From the NCBI RefSeq assembly GCF_044704955.1, contig NC_091977.1, forward strand, positions 992,001 to 1,056,000: a stretch of 64,000 nucleotides of DNA. The letters run 5' to 3'. The translations under genes were made by a program, and so were the position numbers. Below are positions 12,600 to 25,239 of this stretch, in pieces (the first letter of the stretch is position 1; the number at the start of each line of letters is the position of its first letter). The notes under the pieces were generated by a model. The model searched no databases, had not been told where the DNA came from, and worked only from the letters and a program-made list of their open reading frames with translations. The stretch comes from Pristiophorus japonicus (taxonomy: Eukaryota).

Positions 12600-14670
12600 T
12601 CCCCTAGCCCACCGGGCCAAACTACCTCTGAGGCTCCCCCCTCCCCTAACCCACTGGGCCAAACTTCTTCTGAGGCTCCCCCCTCCCCTAACCCTCTGGG
12701 TCAAACTACCTCTGAGGCTCCCCCCTCCCCTAACCCACTGGGTCAAACTACCTCTGAGGCTCCCCCCTCCCCTAACCCACCGGGTCAAACTACCTCTGAG
12801 GCTCCCCCCTCCCCTAGCCCACTGGGCCAAACTTCTTCTGAGGCTCCCCCCTCCCCTAACCCACTGGGCCAAACTTCCTCTGAGGCTCCCCCATCCCCTA
12901 ACCCACCGGGTCAAACTTCCTCTGAGGCTCCCCCCTCCCCGAACCCACTGGGTCAAACTACCTCTGAGGATCCCCCCTCCCCTAACCCACTGGGCCAAAC
13001 TACCTCTGAGGCTCCCCCCTCCCCTAGCCCACTGGGCCAAACTTCCTCTGAGGCTCCCCCCTCCCCTAGCCCACTGGGCCAAACTACCTCTGCGGCTCCC
13101 TCCTCCCCTAACCCACTGGGCCAAAATTCTTCTGAGGCTGCCCCCTCCCCTAGCCCACTGGGTGAAACTTCCTCTGAGGCTCCCCACTCCCCTAACCCAC
13201 TGGGTGAAAATACCTCTGAGGCTCCCCCCTCCCCTAACCCACTGGGTGAAAATACCTCTGAGGCTCCCCCCTCCCCTAACCCACTGGGCCAAGCTTTCTC
13301 TGAGGCTCCTCCCTCCCATAACCCACTGTGTCAAACTACCTCTGAGGCTCCCCCCTCCCCTAACCCACTGGGCCAAACTTCCTCTGAGGCTCCCTCCTCC
13401 CCTAACCCACCGGGCCAAACTTTCTCTGAGGCTCCCCCCTCCCCTAACCCACTGGGTGAAACTACCTCTGAGGCTCCCCCCTCCCCTAGCCCACTGGGCC
13501 AAACTACCTCTGAGGCTCCCCCCTCCCCTAACCCACTGGGTGAAACTACCTCTGAGGCTCCCCCTCCCCTAACCCACTGGGTCAAACTACCTCTGAGGCT
13601 CCCCCCTCCGCTAACCCACTGGGTCAAACTACCTCTGAGGCTCCCCCCTCCCCTAACCCACTGGGTGAAACTACCTCTGAGGCTCCCCCCTCCCCTAACC
13701 CACTGGGTGAAACTACCTCTGAGGCTCCCCCCTCCCCTAACCCACTGGGCCAAGCTACCTCTGAGGCTCCCCCCTCCCCTAACCCACTGGGTGAAACTAC
13801 CTCTGAGGCTCCCCCCTCCCCTAACCCACTGGGTCAAACTACCTCTGAGGCTCCCCCCTCCCCTAACCCACTGGGTCAAACTACCTCTGAGGCTCCCCCC
13901 TCCCCTAGCCCACTGGGTCAAACTACCTCTGAGGCTCCCCCCTCCCCTAACCCACTGGGTGAAACTTCCTCTGAGGCTCCCCCCTCCCCTAGCCCACTGG
14001 GTCAAACTACCTCTGAGGCTCCCCTCTCCCCTAGCCCACTGGGCCAAGCTACCTCTGAGGCTCCCCTCTCCCCTAACCCACTGGGTCAAACTACCTCTGA
14101 GGCTCCCCCCTCCCCTAGCCCACTGGGTCAAACTACCTCTGAGGCTCCCCTCTCCCCTAACCCACTGGGTCAAACTACCTCTGAGGCTCCCCCCTCCCCT
14201 AGCCCACTGGGTCAAACTTCCTCTGAGGCTCCCCCCTCCCCTAACCCACTGGGTGAAACTTCCTCTGAGGCTCCCCCCTCCCCTAGCCCACTGGGTCAAA
14301 CTACCTCTGAGGCTCCCTCCTCCCCTAACCCACTGGGTCAAACTACCTCTGAGGCTCCCCCCTCCCCTAGCCCACTGGGCCAAACTTCCTCTGAGGCTCC
14401 CCCCTCCCCTAACCCACTGGGTCAAACTACCTCTGAGGCTCCCCCCTCCCCTAACCCACTGGGTCAAACTACCTCTGAGGCTCCCCCCTCCCCTAGCCCA
14501 CTGGGTCAAACTACCTCTGAGGCTCCCCCCTCCCCTAACCCACTGGGCCAAACCTCCTCTGAGGCTCCCCCCTCCCCTAACCCACTGGGTGAAACTACCT
14601 CTGAGGCTCCCCCACTCCCCTAGCCCACTGGGCCAAGCTTTCTCTGAGGCTCTCCCCTTCCCCTAGCCCT
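12600..14670. repeat. 42-bp minisatellite, ~49 copies
   Basis: Unit CCCTAACCCACTGGGTCAAACTACCTCTGAGGCTCCCCCCTC; produces 14-aa periodic ORFs. Confidence 0.97.
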
Positions 14671-17600
14671 GAACTTGCATCTTTCTCCAGTTTCTCTCCG
14701 ATCTCCCCTCATGATCTTTCCGAGCTCATCCTGCCCATGAGACCCACTTCCTGCTCACTTGACCCTATTCCCACCAAAATGCTCACCACCCAACTTCCAT
14801 TTCTGGCTCCCATGTTAGCTGATATTGTTGTCAGTTCACTCTCCTCAGGTACTGTCTCCCTCTCGCTCATATCTGCTGTCATCAATCACCCCTCCTCAAA
14901 GAACTAAACCTTTCCCCCTCTGTCCTTGCAAGCTACTGCCGACCTCCCTTTCCTTTCCAAAGTCCTTGAATGTGTTGTCACCTCCCAAATACATGCCCAT
15001 CTTTCCTGCAACTCCATGTTCGAATCCCTCCAATCAGATATCCGCCCCTGTCACAGTACTGAAACCGCTGTCATCAAAGTCACAAATGACATCCTGTGTG
15101 ACTGTGACTGTGGTAAACTCTCCCTCCTCGTCCTTCTCGACCTGTCTGCAGCCTTTGACACAGCTGACCACTCCACCCTCCTCCAACGCCTCTCCACCAT
15201 CGTCCAGCTGGGTGGGACTGCACTCGCCTGGTTCCATTCTTATCCATCTAATCATAGCCAGAGAATCTCCTGCAATGGCTTCTCTTCCCACTCCCACATC
15301 GTTACCTCTGGTGCCCCCCCGCCAAGGATCTATCCTTGGCCCCCTCCTATTTCTCATCTACATGCTGCCCCTTGGCAACATCATCCGAAAACACGGAGTC
15401 AGTTTCCACATGTACGCTGATCACACCCAGCTCTACCTCACCACCACTTCTCTCGATCCCTCCTCGGTCTCTAAATTGTCAGACTGTTTGTCCGACATCC
15501 AGTACTGGATGAGCAGAAATGTTCTCCAATTAAATATTGGGAAGACCGAAGCCGTTGTTTTTGGTCCCCGCCACAAACTCTGTTCCCTGGCCACTGACTC
15601 CATCCCACTCCCCAACCTTTGTCTGAGGCTGAAACAGACTGTTCGCAACCTTGGTGTCATATTTGACCCTAAAATGAGCTTCTGACCACAAATCCGCAGC
15701 ATAACTAAGACGATCTATTACCACCTCCATGAAATCTCCTGTCTCCACCCCTGCCAAGCTCATCCGCTACTTAAACCCTCAGCCATGCCTACACTAGACT
15801 TGACTCTTCCAATGCACTCCTGGCTGGCTGGTTCTCATGACTCAACATAACCTTAAGTCATCCAAAACTCGGTTGCCCGTGTCTTAACTCGCACGTAGTC
15901 CAGTTCAGCCATCACCCTTGTGCTCACTGACCTACATTCGGTTAAGCAACGCCTCTATTTCAAAATTCTCATCCTTGTTTACAAATCCCTCTATGGCCCT
16001 CGCCCCTCCCTATCTCTGTAATCTCCTCCAGCCCCACAACCCCCCGAGATATCTGCACTCCTCAAATTCTGCCCTCTTGGGCATCCCTGATTATAATCGC
16101 TCAACCATCGGTGGCCGTGCCTTCTGTTGCCTGGGCCCCAAGCTCTGGAAGTCCCTGCCGAAACCTCTCCGCCTCTCTACCTCTCTTTCCTCCTTCAAGA
16201 CGCCCATTAAAACCTATCTCTTTGACCAAGCTTTTAGTCACCTGTGCTAATTTCTACTTATGTGGCTCGGTGTCAGTTTTTAATCGCATAAAACTCCTGT
16301 GAAGCTACGTTAAAGGCGCTATATAAATACAAGTTGTTGTTAATCTGAAATCATTGTTTGATGTTGTATTGTGTAGAACAAACTTTGAATTTCATCCATA
16401 AAAACAGATTGCTATTGTTCCCGTTTCACTTCACTTATTTTAGATAGCAGTTCTCACTCTGTGATCCTGACCCACTCCCTAGCAGTAGGCTGTGTCACCA
16501 CTATCTGGGAGCTATCTCTTTACTGTAGCCTGCATTTACAGAGCAGCATGGACTGCAAGGTTAACAATGACCCAATGTGTAATAAGCTGCAGACTGAATG
16601 AGCTGTAGTCTCCCAGTGCAACACTGCTTCAGAAATGGCAGAATATTGAACTGAGGAAAAGGTTTTTAAAAAGATGCTGAATTGACTAAAATATATTTAC
16701 AGGTATTTATAATTTATTAAAACCATGAAGCAGAAAATATTTATCTAAAAACTAGAGATACAACACAACACAGAAATATAATGAGCAAGGTTCATAATGA
16801 ATGAAATGATCCTTTAGAGCACAGCCTCTGGGAAATGAAGTCCCTGCCTTGGCAACATTTGCCTGCCTGTGTCCTTTTAGTGTTGGTGTGAAATGGAACA
16901 GAATTCTGATGTACGGAACACAAGCCGCACATTATTACACATTGACGGGCAGGAAAAGACCAGCCGGTCCATCAAGCCTGGCCCACACCATGATGGCCAG
17001 AGCATCAATGACTGACCACTCCTTCCGTCCCTCACCCCCACTCCACCACCATGTAATCTCCTGGGGACCATCATTTGTTTCAAAGGCTCCAGGCTAAGTG
17101 CTTCCTGCCCAATGCTGTGGGGCAAGGATATAAAATTGAACAATGACAAGTCCTGCCAGTCCCACAATATTGTTCTCTGGATTTGGGATAAGTTTGAAAT
17201 GATAAAATAAACAAAAATGCATTGCTGACTTGGCCCAAGTTGGGAATGAACTCTTATGTTTTACAGGTTGATGATAATATTGTGTTGGACAGTAAAGTTC
17301 CTCCAGAGCTCAGGAATGAGACAAAATGGTAATTAATGGATTGAGTAAAATGGTGTGAGAGGCAGTGATTGAAGGTGTGTGATGGAAGCAGAGAAAGTGC
17401 CCCACCAAATGGGGTCTCGGGGCATTGTCCTCGGTGACGGACAGACGTGTGAGAGCACCTACGGGTACATTATAGTGAGAGGCAGGAAAGTGCAGGAGAG
17501 AATTGTTAATTGGCAGCTTTCTCTTGGAGATGTTTGTGTCCTTGCCTGTACTGAACAATGAGAACAACGCATTAGAGAGCCTGGTCACTACTGGAGATAT

Positions 17601-17964
17601 CGGGACCACACAGGAGGACATAAGCACAGACTTGCAGAAACCCCCCGATCTTCCCAGATAACCTGGAGAGATAAAACCTTTCAATCAATACACAACAATA
17701 ATAACTTGCATTTATAAAGCGCGTTTAACGTAGCAAAATGCCCCACTGTACTCTTGGGAACCATGCATGGTGGGAGATGGTTTACAACACAGCTCAGCAT
17801 CCAGAGCTAGAATAATATCAGTGAGTTTTGTCACAGCCCAGATAATTATCCTCATCATTCGAATTGGTGCAGGGTGTCTGTTCAAACCGTTCATTCAGAG
17901 ACTTTTACAGAAAAGCTAGAACCTGGAATTGGCTGCTTTGATTAAATGATGAGGGAGACTTCGA

Positions 17965-18697
17965 ACATTCATAAGACATAAGAACATAAGAAACTGGACC
18001 AGGAGTGGGCCATCTGGCCCCTCGAACCTGCTCCACCATTCAATAAGATCATGGCTGATCTGATCATGGACTCAGCTCCACTTACCTGCCCTCTGCCCAT
18101 AACCCTTGACTCCCTCATCAGTCAGACATCTGTCTATCTCCACCTTAAATATATTCAATAACCCAGCCTGCACAGCTCCCTGGGGTAGAGAATTCCAAAG
18201 ATTCACAACTCTCTGAGAGCAGAAATTCTTCCTCATTTACATTTTAAATGGGCGACCTCTTATTCTGAAACTATACCCCCTAGTTCTAGATTCCCCCTCG
18301 AGGGGAAACATCCTCTCTGCATCTACCCTGTTGAGCCTCCTCATAATCTTATATGTTTCAATAAGATCACCTGTCAGTCTTCTAAACTCCAATAGGTATA
18401 GGCCCAACCTGCTTAACCTTTCTTCATATGACAACTCCGATATCTCAGGAGTCAACCTCGTGAACCTTCTCTGAATTGCCTCCAATGCAAGTGTATCTCT
18501 ACTTAAATTAGATCAAAACTGTACGCAGTACTCCAGCTGTAGTCTCACTAGTGCCCTAAACAGTTGTTGCAGGACTTCTCTGCTTTTATACTCCATCCCC
18601 CTTGCAATAAAGGCCAACATTCCATTTGCCTTCTTGATTACTTGCTGAACCTGCAAACTCACTTTTTGTGTTTCATGTACAAGGACCCCCAGATCCT
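17965..18697 (-). mobile_element. CR1-type LINE 3' fragment
   Basis: ORFs 18237..18485 and 18513..18791 (KANGMLAFIARG, EYCVQF); ACATAAG tail. Confidence 0.88.
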
Positions 18698-18699
18698 TC

Positions 18700-18792
18700 G
18701 GAGACAGAGACAGAGAGACAGAGAGAGAGCCAGAGAGAGAGACATTCACAGAGACAGAGAACGAGAGATACTCACACACACACACACACACA
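18700..18792. repeat. GA/GACA and (CA)n microsatellite
   Basis: Seen directly in the sequence. Confidence 0.9.
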
Positions 18793-18972
18793 GACTGTCT
18801 CCCTGAGAGGAAGAAGACACGGATAAGAGCCTTTGATCGATGCAGCGAATCTTATTTCTGAGCAATGGCCGTTATTCGGACAGCAGTTTTACAGGGTCGG
18901 GGGTTGCGGGGCCTACACAATCAAACGGAGCCTGAATTAAAGTTAGCTTTTGTGGGGAACCTCTGTCACTTC

Positions 18973-21900
18973 TATTGTGTTCCTAACACAGATGAGACTG
19001 CACACAGGGAGGTTAAAGTAACAGTGACCTCAGTCTTTAATAAGACACTCTAGAGTGAGGAACAGGCCTTAGGGGACGGCTTATTTACAGTGCTCTCAAG
19101 TGATGCTGGGATCCCTTGGGACTTCAGGGGATGAGCTCCCTAGTGACGGAACATGGGAGTGCATGCATATAGATACACAACATCACCCGCACCCCCCAAA
19201 GTCAAAGTGAAAACTATTTACAAGGTGAGGCGGTCGGGAGCCTTTCTTTCCCTGGTGGACCGCCTCGGTACAAATGTTTGTTCTGGTGTGTTGGCTGTGC
19301 CCTCGCTGGGCTGGCGTGTTGTTGGCCCTGCAGGGCTGCTGGGTGAGCCTGGCCTTGCTGGGCTGTTGGGCGTGATGGATTCGATTTCCTGGTCCGTGGT
19401 GGTGTCGTTGATTCTTTGGGTGTGTGTTGTGGGCTCGAAAAAGGTGGTGTCTGCTGTGGGTTGTTCAGGGCAGTCTGTGAACCGCAGCCTCGTTTGGTCC
19501 AGGTGCTTTCTGCAAATTTGTCCATTGTCTAGTTTGACTACAAACACCCTACTCACTTCTTTAGCTATCACCGTGCCCGTGATCCACTTGGGACCATGTC
19601 CATAGTTTAGCACATACGCAGGGTCATTCAGATCAATTTCCAGTGACACAGTGGCGCGACCATCGTTTACATTTTGTTGCTGCCGCCTGCTCTCTACCTG
19701 ATCATGCAGGTTGGGGTGAACCAGCGAGAGTCTGGTTTTAAGTGTCCTTTTTATGAGTAGCTCAGCCGGGGGCACCTTTGTGAGTGAGTGGGTTCTCGTG
19801 CGGTAGCTGAGCAGTACTCGGGACAGGCGGGTTTGGAGTGAGCCTTCTGTGACTCGTTTGAGGCTCTGTTTGATTGTTTGTACTGCCCGCTCTGCCTGCC
19901 CATTGGAGGCTGGTTTAAACGGGGCCGAGGTGACATATTTGATCCCATTGCGAGTCATGAATTCTTTAAATTCAGCACTGGTGAAACATGGCCCGTTGTC
20001 ACTGACCAGTATGTCAGGCAGGCCGTGGGTGGCAAACATGGCCCTCAGGCTTTCAATGGTGGTGGTGGCAGTGCTTCCCGACATTATTTCACATTCAATC
20101 CATTTTGAAAAAGCATCCACCACCATCAGGAATATTTTACCGCGAAACGGACCCACATAGTCGACATGGATCCTCGACCATGGTCTGGAGGGCCAGGACC
20201 ACAAACTTAGTCGTGCCTCTCTGGGCGCGTTGCTCAACTGAGCACATACGCTGCATTGCCGTACACAGGACTCTAAGTTAGAGTCGATACCGGGCCACCA
20301 CACGTGGGATCTGGCTATCGCTTTCATCATTACAATACCCAGGTGTGTGCTGTGAGATCCGAGACGAACGTCTCCCTGCCCTTTTTGGGTAGCACTACGC
20401 AGTTACCCCACAACAGGCAGTCTGCCTGAATGGACAGCTCGTCCTTTCGCCGCTGGAACGGCTTGATTGGCTTTTGCATTTCAACGGGAATGCTGGCCCA
20501 GCTCCCATGCAGTACACAGTTTTTTACTCGGGACAGCAGAGGATCTTGGATGGTCCAAGTCCTAATCTGGCCGGCCGTGACAGGTGATTTATCATTTTCA
20601 AACGCTTCCATGACCATCAACAAGTCTGCGGGCTGCGCCACCATCAACAAGTTTGCAGGCTGCACCATTTCCACCCCCGTGGTGGGCAATGGTAGCCGAC
20701 TGAGAGCATCTACACAGTTCTCGGTGCCTGGCCTGTGGCGGATGGTATAGTTATACGCTGATAGTGTGAGTGCCCACCTTTGTATGCGAGCTGAGGCATT
20801 AGTATTTATCCCCTTGTTTTCAGCGAACAGGGATGTGAGGGGCTTGTAATCGGTTTCCAGCTCAAATTTGATGCCAAACAGGTTCTGATGCATTTTCTTT
20901 ACCCCGAACATACACGCTAATGCCTCTTTCTCAATCATGCTGGAGGCCCTCTCGGCCTTAGACAAGCTCCTGGAGGCATAGGCGACAGGTTGCAACTTCC
21001 CCGCAACGTTAGCTTGTTGTAATACACACCCGACTCCGTACGACGATGCATCACATGCAAGCACAAGTCTTTTACACGGGTTATACAACACAAGCAGCTT
21101 GTTGGAGCATAAAATGTTTCCTGTTTTCTCAAAAGCAATTACTTGGTTTTTTCCCCATACCCAGTTCTCACCTTTGCGCAATAACACATGTAAGGGCTCT
21201 AAAAGGGTGCTTAACCCCGGTAAGAAGTTACCAAAATAGTTGAGGAATCCCAGGAACGATCGCAGCTCCGTGATGTTCTGTGGCCCAGACGCATTCCTGA
21301 CAGCCTCTGTCTTGGCGTCTGTGGGCTGAATGCCTTCCGCCACGATCTTTCTCCCCAAAAACTCCACTTCTGTTGCCATGAAGGCGCATTTCGACCTCTT
21401 CAGCCGCAGCCCTACATGATCCAGTTGCTGGAGGACCTCCTCCAGGTTTTGTAGGTGCTTGGCGGTGTCCCGACCCGTGACCAATATGTCGTCCTGAAAG
21501 ACCACCGTGTGTGGTACCGACTTGAGTCGGCTCTCCATGTTTCTCTGGAAGATCGCTACAGCCGACCCAATTCCAAACGGGCATCTGTTGCAGATGAACA
21601 GTCCCTTGTGAGTGTTGATGCAGGTGAGGCCCTTCGAAGACTCCTCCAGCTCCTGCGTCATGTAGGCCGAAGTCAGGTCGAGCTTGGTGAACGTCTTGCC
21701 TCCTGCCAGCGTCGCAAATAGGTCGTCTGTCTTAGGTATTGGTCCTGTAGCGAGAAACGATTAATAGTTACTTTATAATCGCCGCAAATCCTGACCGTGC
21801 CATCACTTTTGAGTACTGGAACAATCGGGCTGGCCCACTCGCTGAATTCCACTGGGGAGATGATGCCCTCGCGTTGCAGCCTGTCCAGCTCGATTTCCAC

Positions 21901-23558
21901 TCTCTCCCTCATCATGTGAGGTACCGCTCGAGCCTTGTGGTGAATGGGTCATGCCTCTGGGACCAAGTGGATCCGCACCTTCGCCCCAGAAAAGTTTCCA
22001 ATGCCTGGCTAAAAAAGTGAAGGAAATTTGTGAAGAACCTCGGTACATGAGGCCTCATTGACATGTGATAGTGCTTGGATGTCATCCCAGTTCCAGCAGA
22101 TTTTGCCCAGCCAGCTCCTTCCAAGCAGTGTGGGGCCATCGCCCGGGACAATTCAGAGTGGCAGTTCGTGCACAGTGCCCTCGTAGGTGACCTTGACCAT
22201 GGCGCTGCCCAGGACAGTGATAAACTCTTTGGTGTACATTCTCAGTTTCGTGTGGATGGGGCTCAGGGCTGGTCTGAATGCCTTGTTGCACCACAGTCTC
22301 CCAAACATCTTTTTACTCGAATGGATTGGCTAGCGCCAGTGTCCAGTTCCATGGCTACGGGTAAGCATTCAATTTTACGTTTAACATTATAGGTGGACAT
22401 TTCATCGAAAATGTGTGCACTCCATGTACTTCAGCATCTGTCTCCTCTCTCTGAGGCTCGAAATTGCTTTGATCCACCATGGACTGATTTTCCTCTGCCA
22501 TGTGGTGGTTAGCAGGTTTTGCAGAACTTGCAGCTCGTTTGCAAGCTCATTGGAGGTGCCCCATTGTTCCACAGCTCTTGCAAACATACCCTTTGAAGTG
22601 GCATGAATAGGCTGAATGGAAGCCTCCACAATGCCAACAAGGTGTGAATTGCCTTGCATTCATCCTTTGTTGCGGACTCTGAGTCATCTGGGTCACCTGA
22701 GGCCTGCTGGCAGTTGCAGACCCGTGGGTTCTGCTCTGTACATTTCTGCTCGCAAACACAGTTCCAGTTAATTTATGAACATTGCTAGCACTTGTGTGCT
22801 GAGAGATTTGTTTGGTGTTAACACTGATGGACATAAACGCCTGTGCTATCGCAATGGCCTTACTGAGGGTCGGTGTCTCTATAGTCAAAAGTTTTCATCG
22901 GATGGTCTCGTGGCCAATGCCCAGTACAAAAAAGTCTCTGAGCATTTGCTCCAGGTAGCCATCAAACTCACATTGCCCTGCAAGTCGCCTTAGCTCGGCG
23001 ACATAGCTCGCCACTTCCTGACCTTCAGATCGCTGGCACGTGTAGAACTGATACCTCGCCATCAGCACGCTCTCCCTCGGGTTAAGATGCTCCTGAACCA
23101 GTGTACACAGCTCCTCATACGACTTATCTGTGGGTTTCACTGGAGCCAGAAGATTCTTCATGAGGCTGTAGGTCGGTGCCCCGCAGACTGTGAGGAGGAC
23201 CGCTCTCCTTTTTGCAGCGCTTCCTTCTCCATCCAGCTCGTTGGCTACAAAATATATAGGCTTTCCAGTCCTCACCCTCCGAGAACTTCTCCAAGATGCC
23301 CACAGTTTGCTGCGTCTTTGCGTTGGATTCGTATACTCATCGCCAGTTGTTGTGTTCCTAACACAGATGAGGCTGCACACAGGGAGGTTAAAGTAACAGT
23401 GACCTCAGTCTTTAATGAGACACTCCAGAGTGAGGAACAGGCCTTAGGGGCCGGCTTATATACAGTGCTCCCAAGGGATGCTGGGATCCCTTGGGACATC
23501 AGGGGATGAGCTCCCTAGTGGCGGAAAATGGGAGTGCATGTTTTACAGATACACAACA
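18973..23558 (-). mobile_element. Near full-length Ty3/Gypsy retrotransposon with both LTRs; frameshifted
   Basis: LTRs at 18973-19182 and 23348-23558; PBS TGGCGATGAG (23336-23345); G-rich PPT-like tract next to 19183; gag, protease, RT (VFQDDILV), RNase H and integrase (ORF 19218..20330). Confidence 0.96.
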
Positions 23559-23834
23559 GGTTCCAGCAGAGGGATTAATGGCTGACCATTCATTTCCTTT
23601 CACTCTGGGATGCAGCAGCTGAAAGCCCAGGGACACAGGCCCCTTACATCTCTCTCAGTCGGCTTACAAAAAATGCTGCTGCTGCACACATCTCCAGCCT
23701 GAAATCCAGAAAGGATGAATTGATTAATCCATAGGTCTGTGGGGGGAAAGAGGGAGAAGAGCAGAAAACATGCCAAGCCGAGTCTGTCAGTGTTGCACTC
23801 ACAGCGGGAGTGTTACAGACTGCTCCAGAGAAGT

Positions 23835-25215
23835 AACACAGGAACAGGAGGAGACCATTCAGCCCCTCGAGCCTGCTCCGCCATTCACTGAGGTTATGGC
23901 TGATCTGCGACCTAACTCCATCGACCCGCCTTTGGCCCATATCCCTCAGTATCTTTGATTAACAGAAAGCTATCAATCTCCGATTTAAAATTAACAATTG
24001 AACTGGCACCAATTGCATTTTGCGGAAGAAAGTTATAAACTTTTACCACCCTTTGTGGGTAGAAGTGTTTCCGAACTTCACTCCGGAAAGGTTTGGCTCT
24101 AATTTTTAGACACCCCCGCCCCAACCAGCAGAACAGTTTCTCTCTATCTACTCTGTCTGTTCCCCTTAATGGGCTGAAGTTTTGGACCCCCGCTAGAACA
24201 GCGCACATCGGAGCGGCTCGCCTAATTTGTAGAACAGAAATTGCGCCGAATACTGACCTCGCGATCCTCCGATAGCTGTCGGCCCGTTTCCAGCCCGGCG
24301 CGGCACAGCAGGAGCTGCTGGGGACAGTGCTACAGCCCTGCGCCAAAAACAGTGCCGGCAACTGTGCGCGTGCGCGGTAGCTCCCGGCCCTCCCAGCGCG
24401 TCCTGTCTCCAGCCGATGGTCTTATCCCTGGCCGAAGGGACGTCACCCCTATCCCCGGCCGAGTACTTACCTCATCGGCGGCGGGACCCGCCCACCCGGC
24501 ATCTCGCTGGGGGCGGGCCCCGCCCGAAAAGTCGGTGGTGACGGTGGCCCGGCAGCTGCCTGAAGTCTTCGGCGGGTTCGGCTTCTTCGTTTCTTCTCCT
24601 CCTCCTCCCCCCAACCCCCGCCCATCTCTCCATCCCTTCGCCTGATTTCTAAGTGTAGGCAAGGTTTTTCTGAGCGTACAAAAATCTACACTTACTCCAT
24701 TCTAAGTTAGTTTGGAGTAAGTTTTCACTGCCTAAACTTGCAACACAGGCGTAAGTGGCTGGACACGCCCCCTTTTGAAAAAAAAATCTGTTCTGAAATG
24801 GAACGATTCTAACTCACTAGAACTGGAGCAAACTAAATACCGAGAATTGCAATTTCTAAACTAGTTGCTCCAAAAAAATAGGAGCAACTCAGGCCGAAAC
24901 ATGAGCCCAATATCCCGAAAACTATGATCAGATTCCCCCCTTAACCTTTTGAATTCCAGGGGATACAACCCTAAGTTGTCTAATCTCTCCTCGTAACTTA
25001 ACCCTTGAAGTCCAGGTATCATTCTGGTGAGCCTACGCTGCGCTCCCTCCAAGGCCAATATATCCTCCCGAAGGTGTGGTGCAGGGTTTGTACAGCTGCA
25101 GCATAACTTCATGTACTCAAGTTCTCCAGATATAAAGGCCCGCATTCCATTAGCCTTTTTGATTATTTTCCATACCTGTTCATGACATTTTAATAATCTC
25201 TGTACCTGAACCCTC
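23835..25215 (-). mobile_element. CR1-type LINE 3' fragment split by a non-autonomous DNA transposon
   Basis: KANGMRAFI, LEGAQRRLTRMIPG on the right; FRSEVRKHFYPQRVV on the left. Confidence 0.8.
24171..24908. mobile_element. Non-autonomous PIF/Harbinger-like element (MITE)
   Basis: Termini GGGCTGAAGTTTGG / CGAAACATGAGCCC form an imperfect inverted repeat; 3-bp AAT duplication on both sides; removing it restores the CR1. Confidence 0.75.
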
Positions 25216-25239
25216 AGACAGAGAGAGAGAGACCGAGAG

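Larger units (their letters stand above)
10527..16341 (+). mobile_element. L2-type LINE interrupted by an RTE insertion and a 42-bp minisatellite
   Basis: ORF2 motifs HSTETAVIKVTND, LLDLSAAFDT, QGSILGPLLF, YADHTQLY; 3' end GGCGCTATATAAATACAAGTTGTTGTT. The 5' boundary is inferred. Confidence 0.8.

Noticed and set aside
12573-14666. Long ORFs (693, 406 and 309 aa) resembling mucin or extensin
   Set aside because: Artefacts of the 42-bp minisatellite; open on both strands and in several frames, and embedded in an L2
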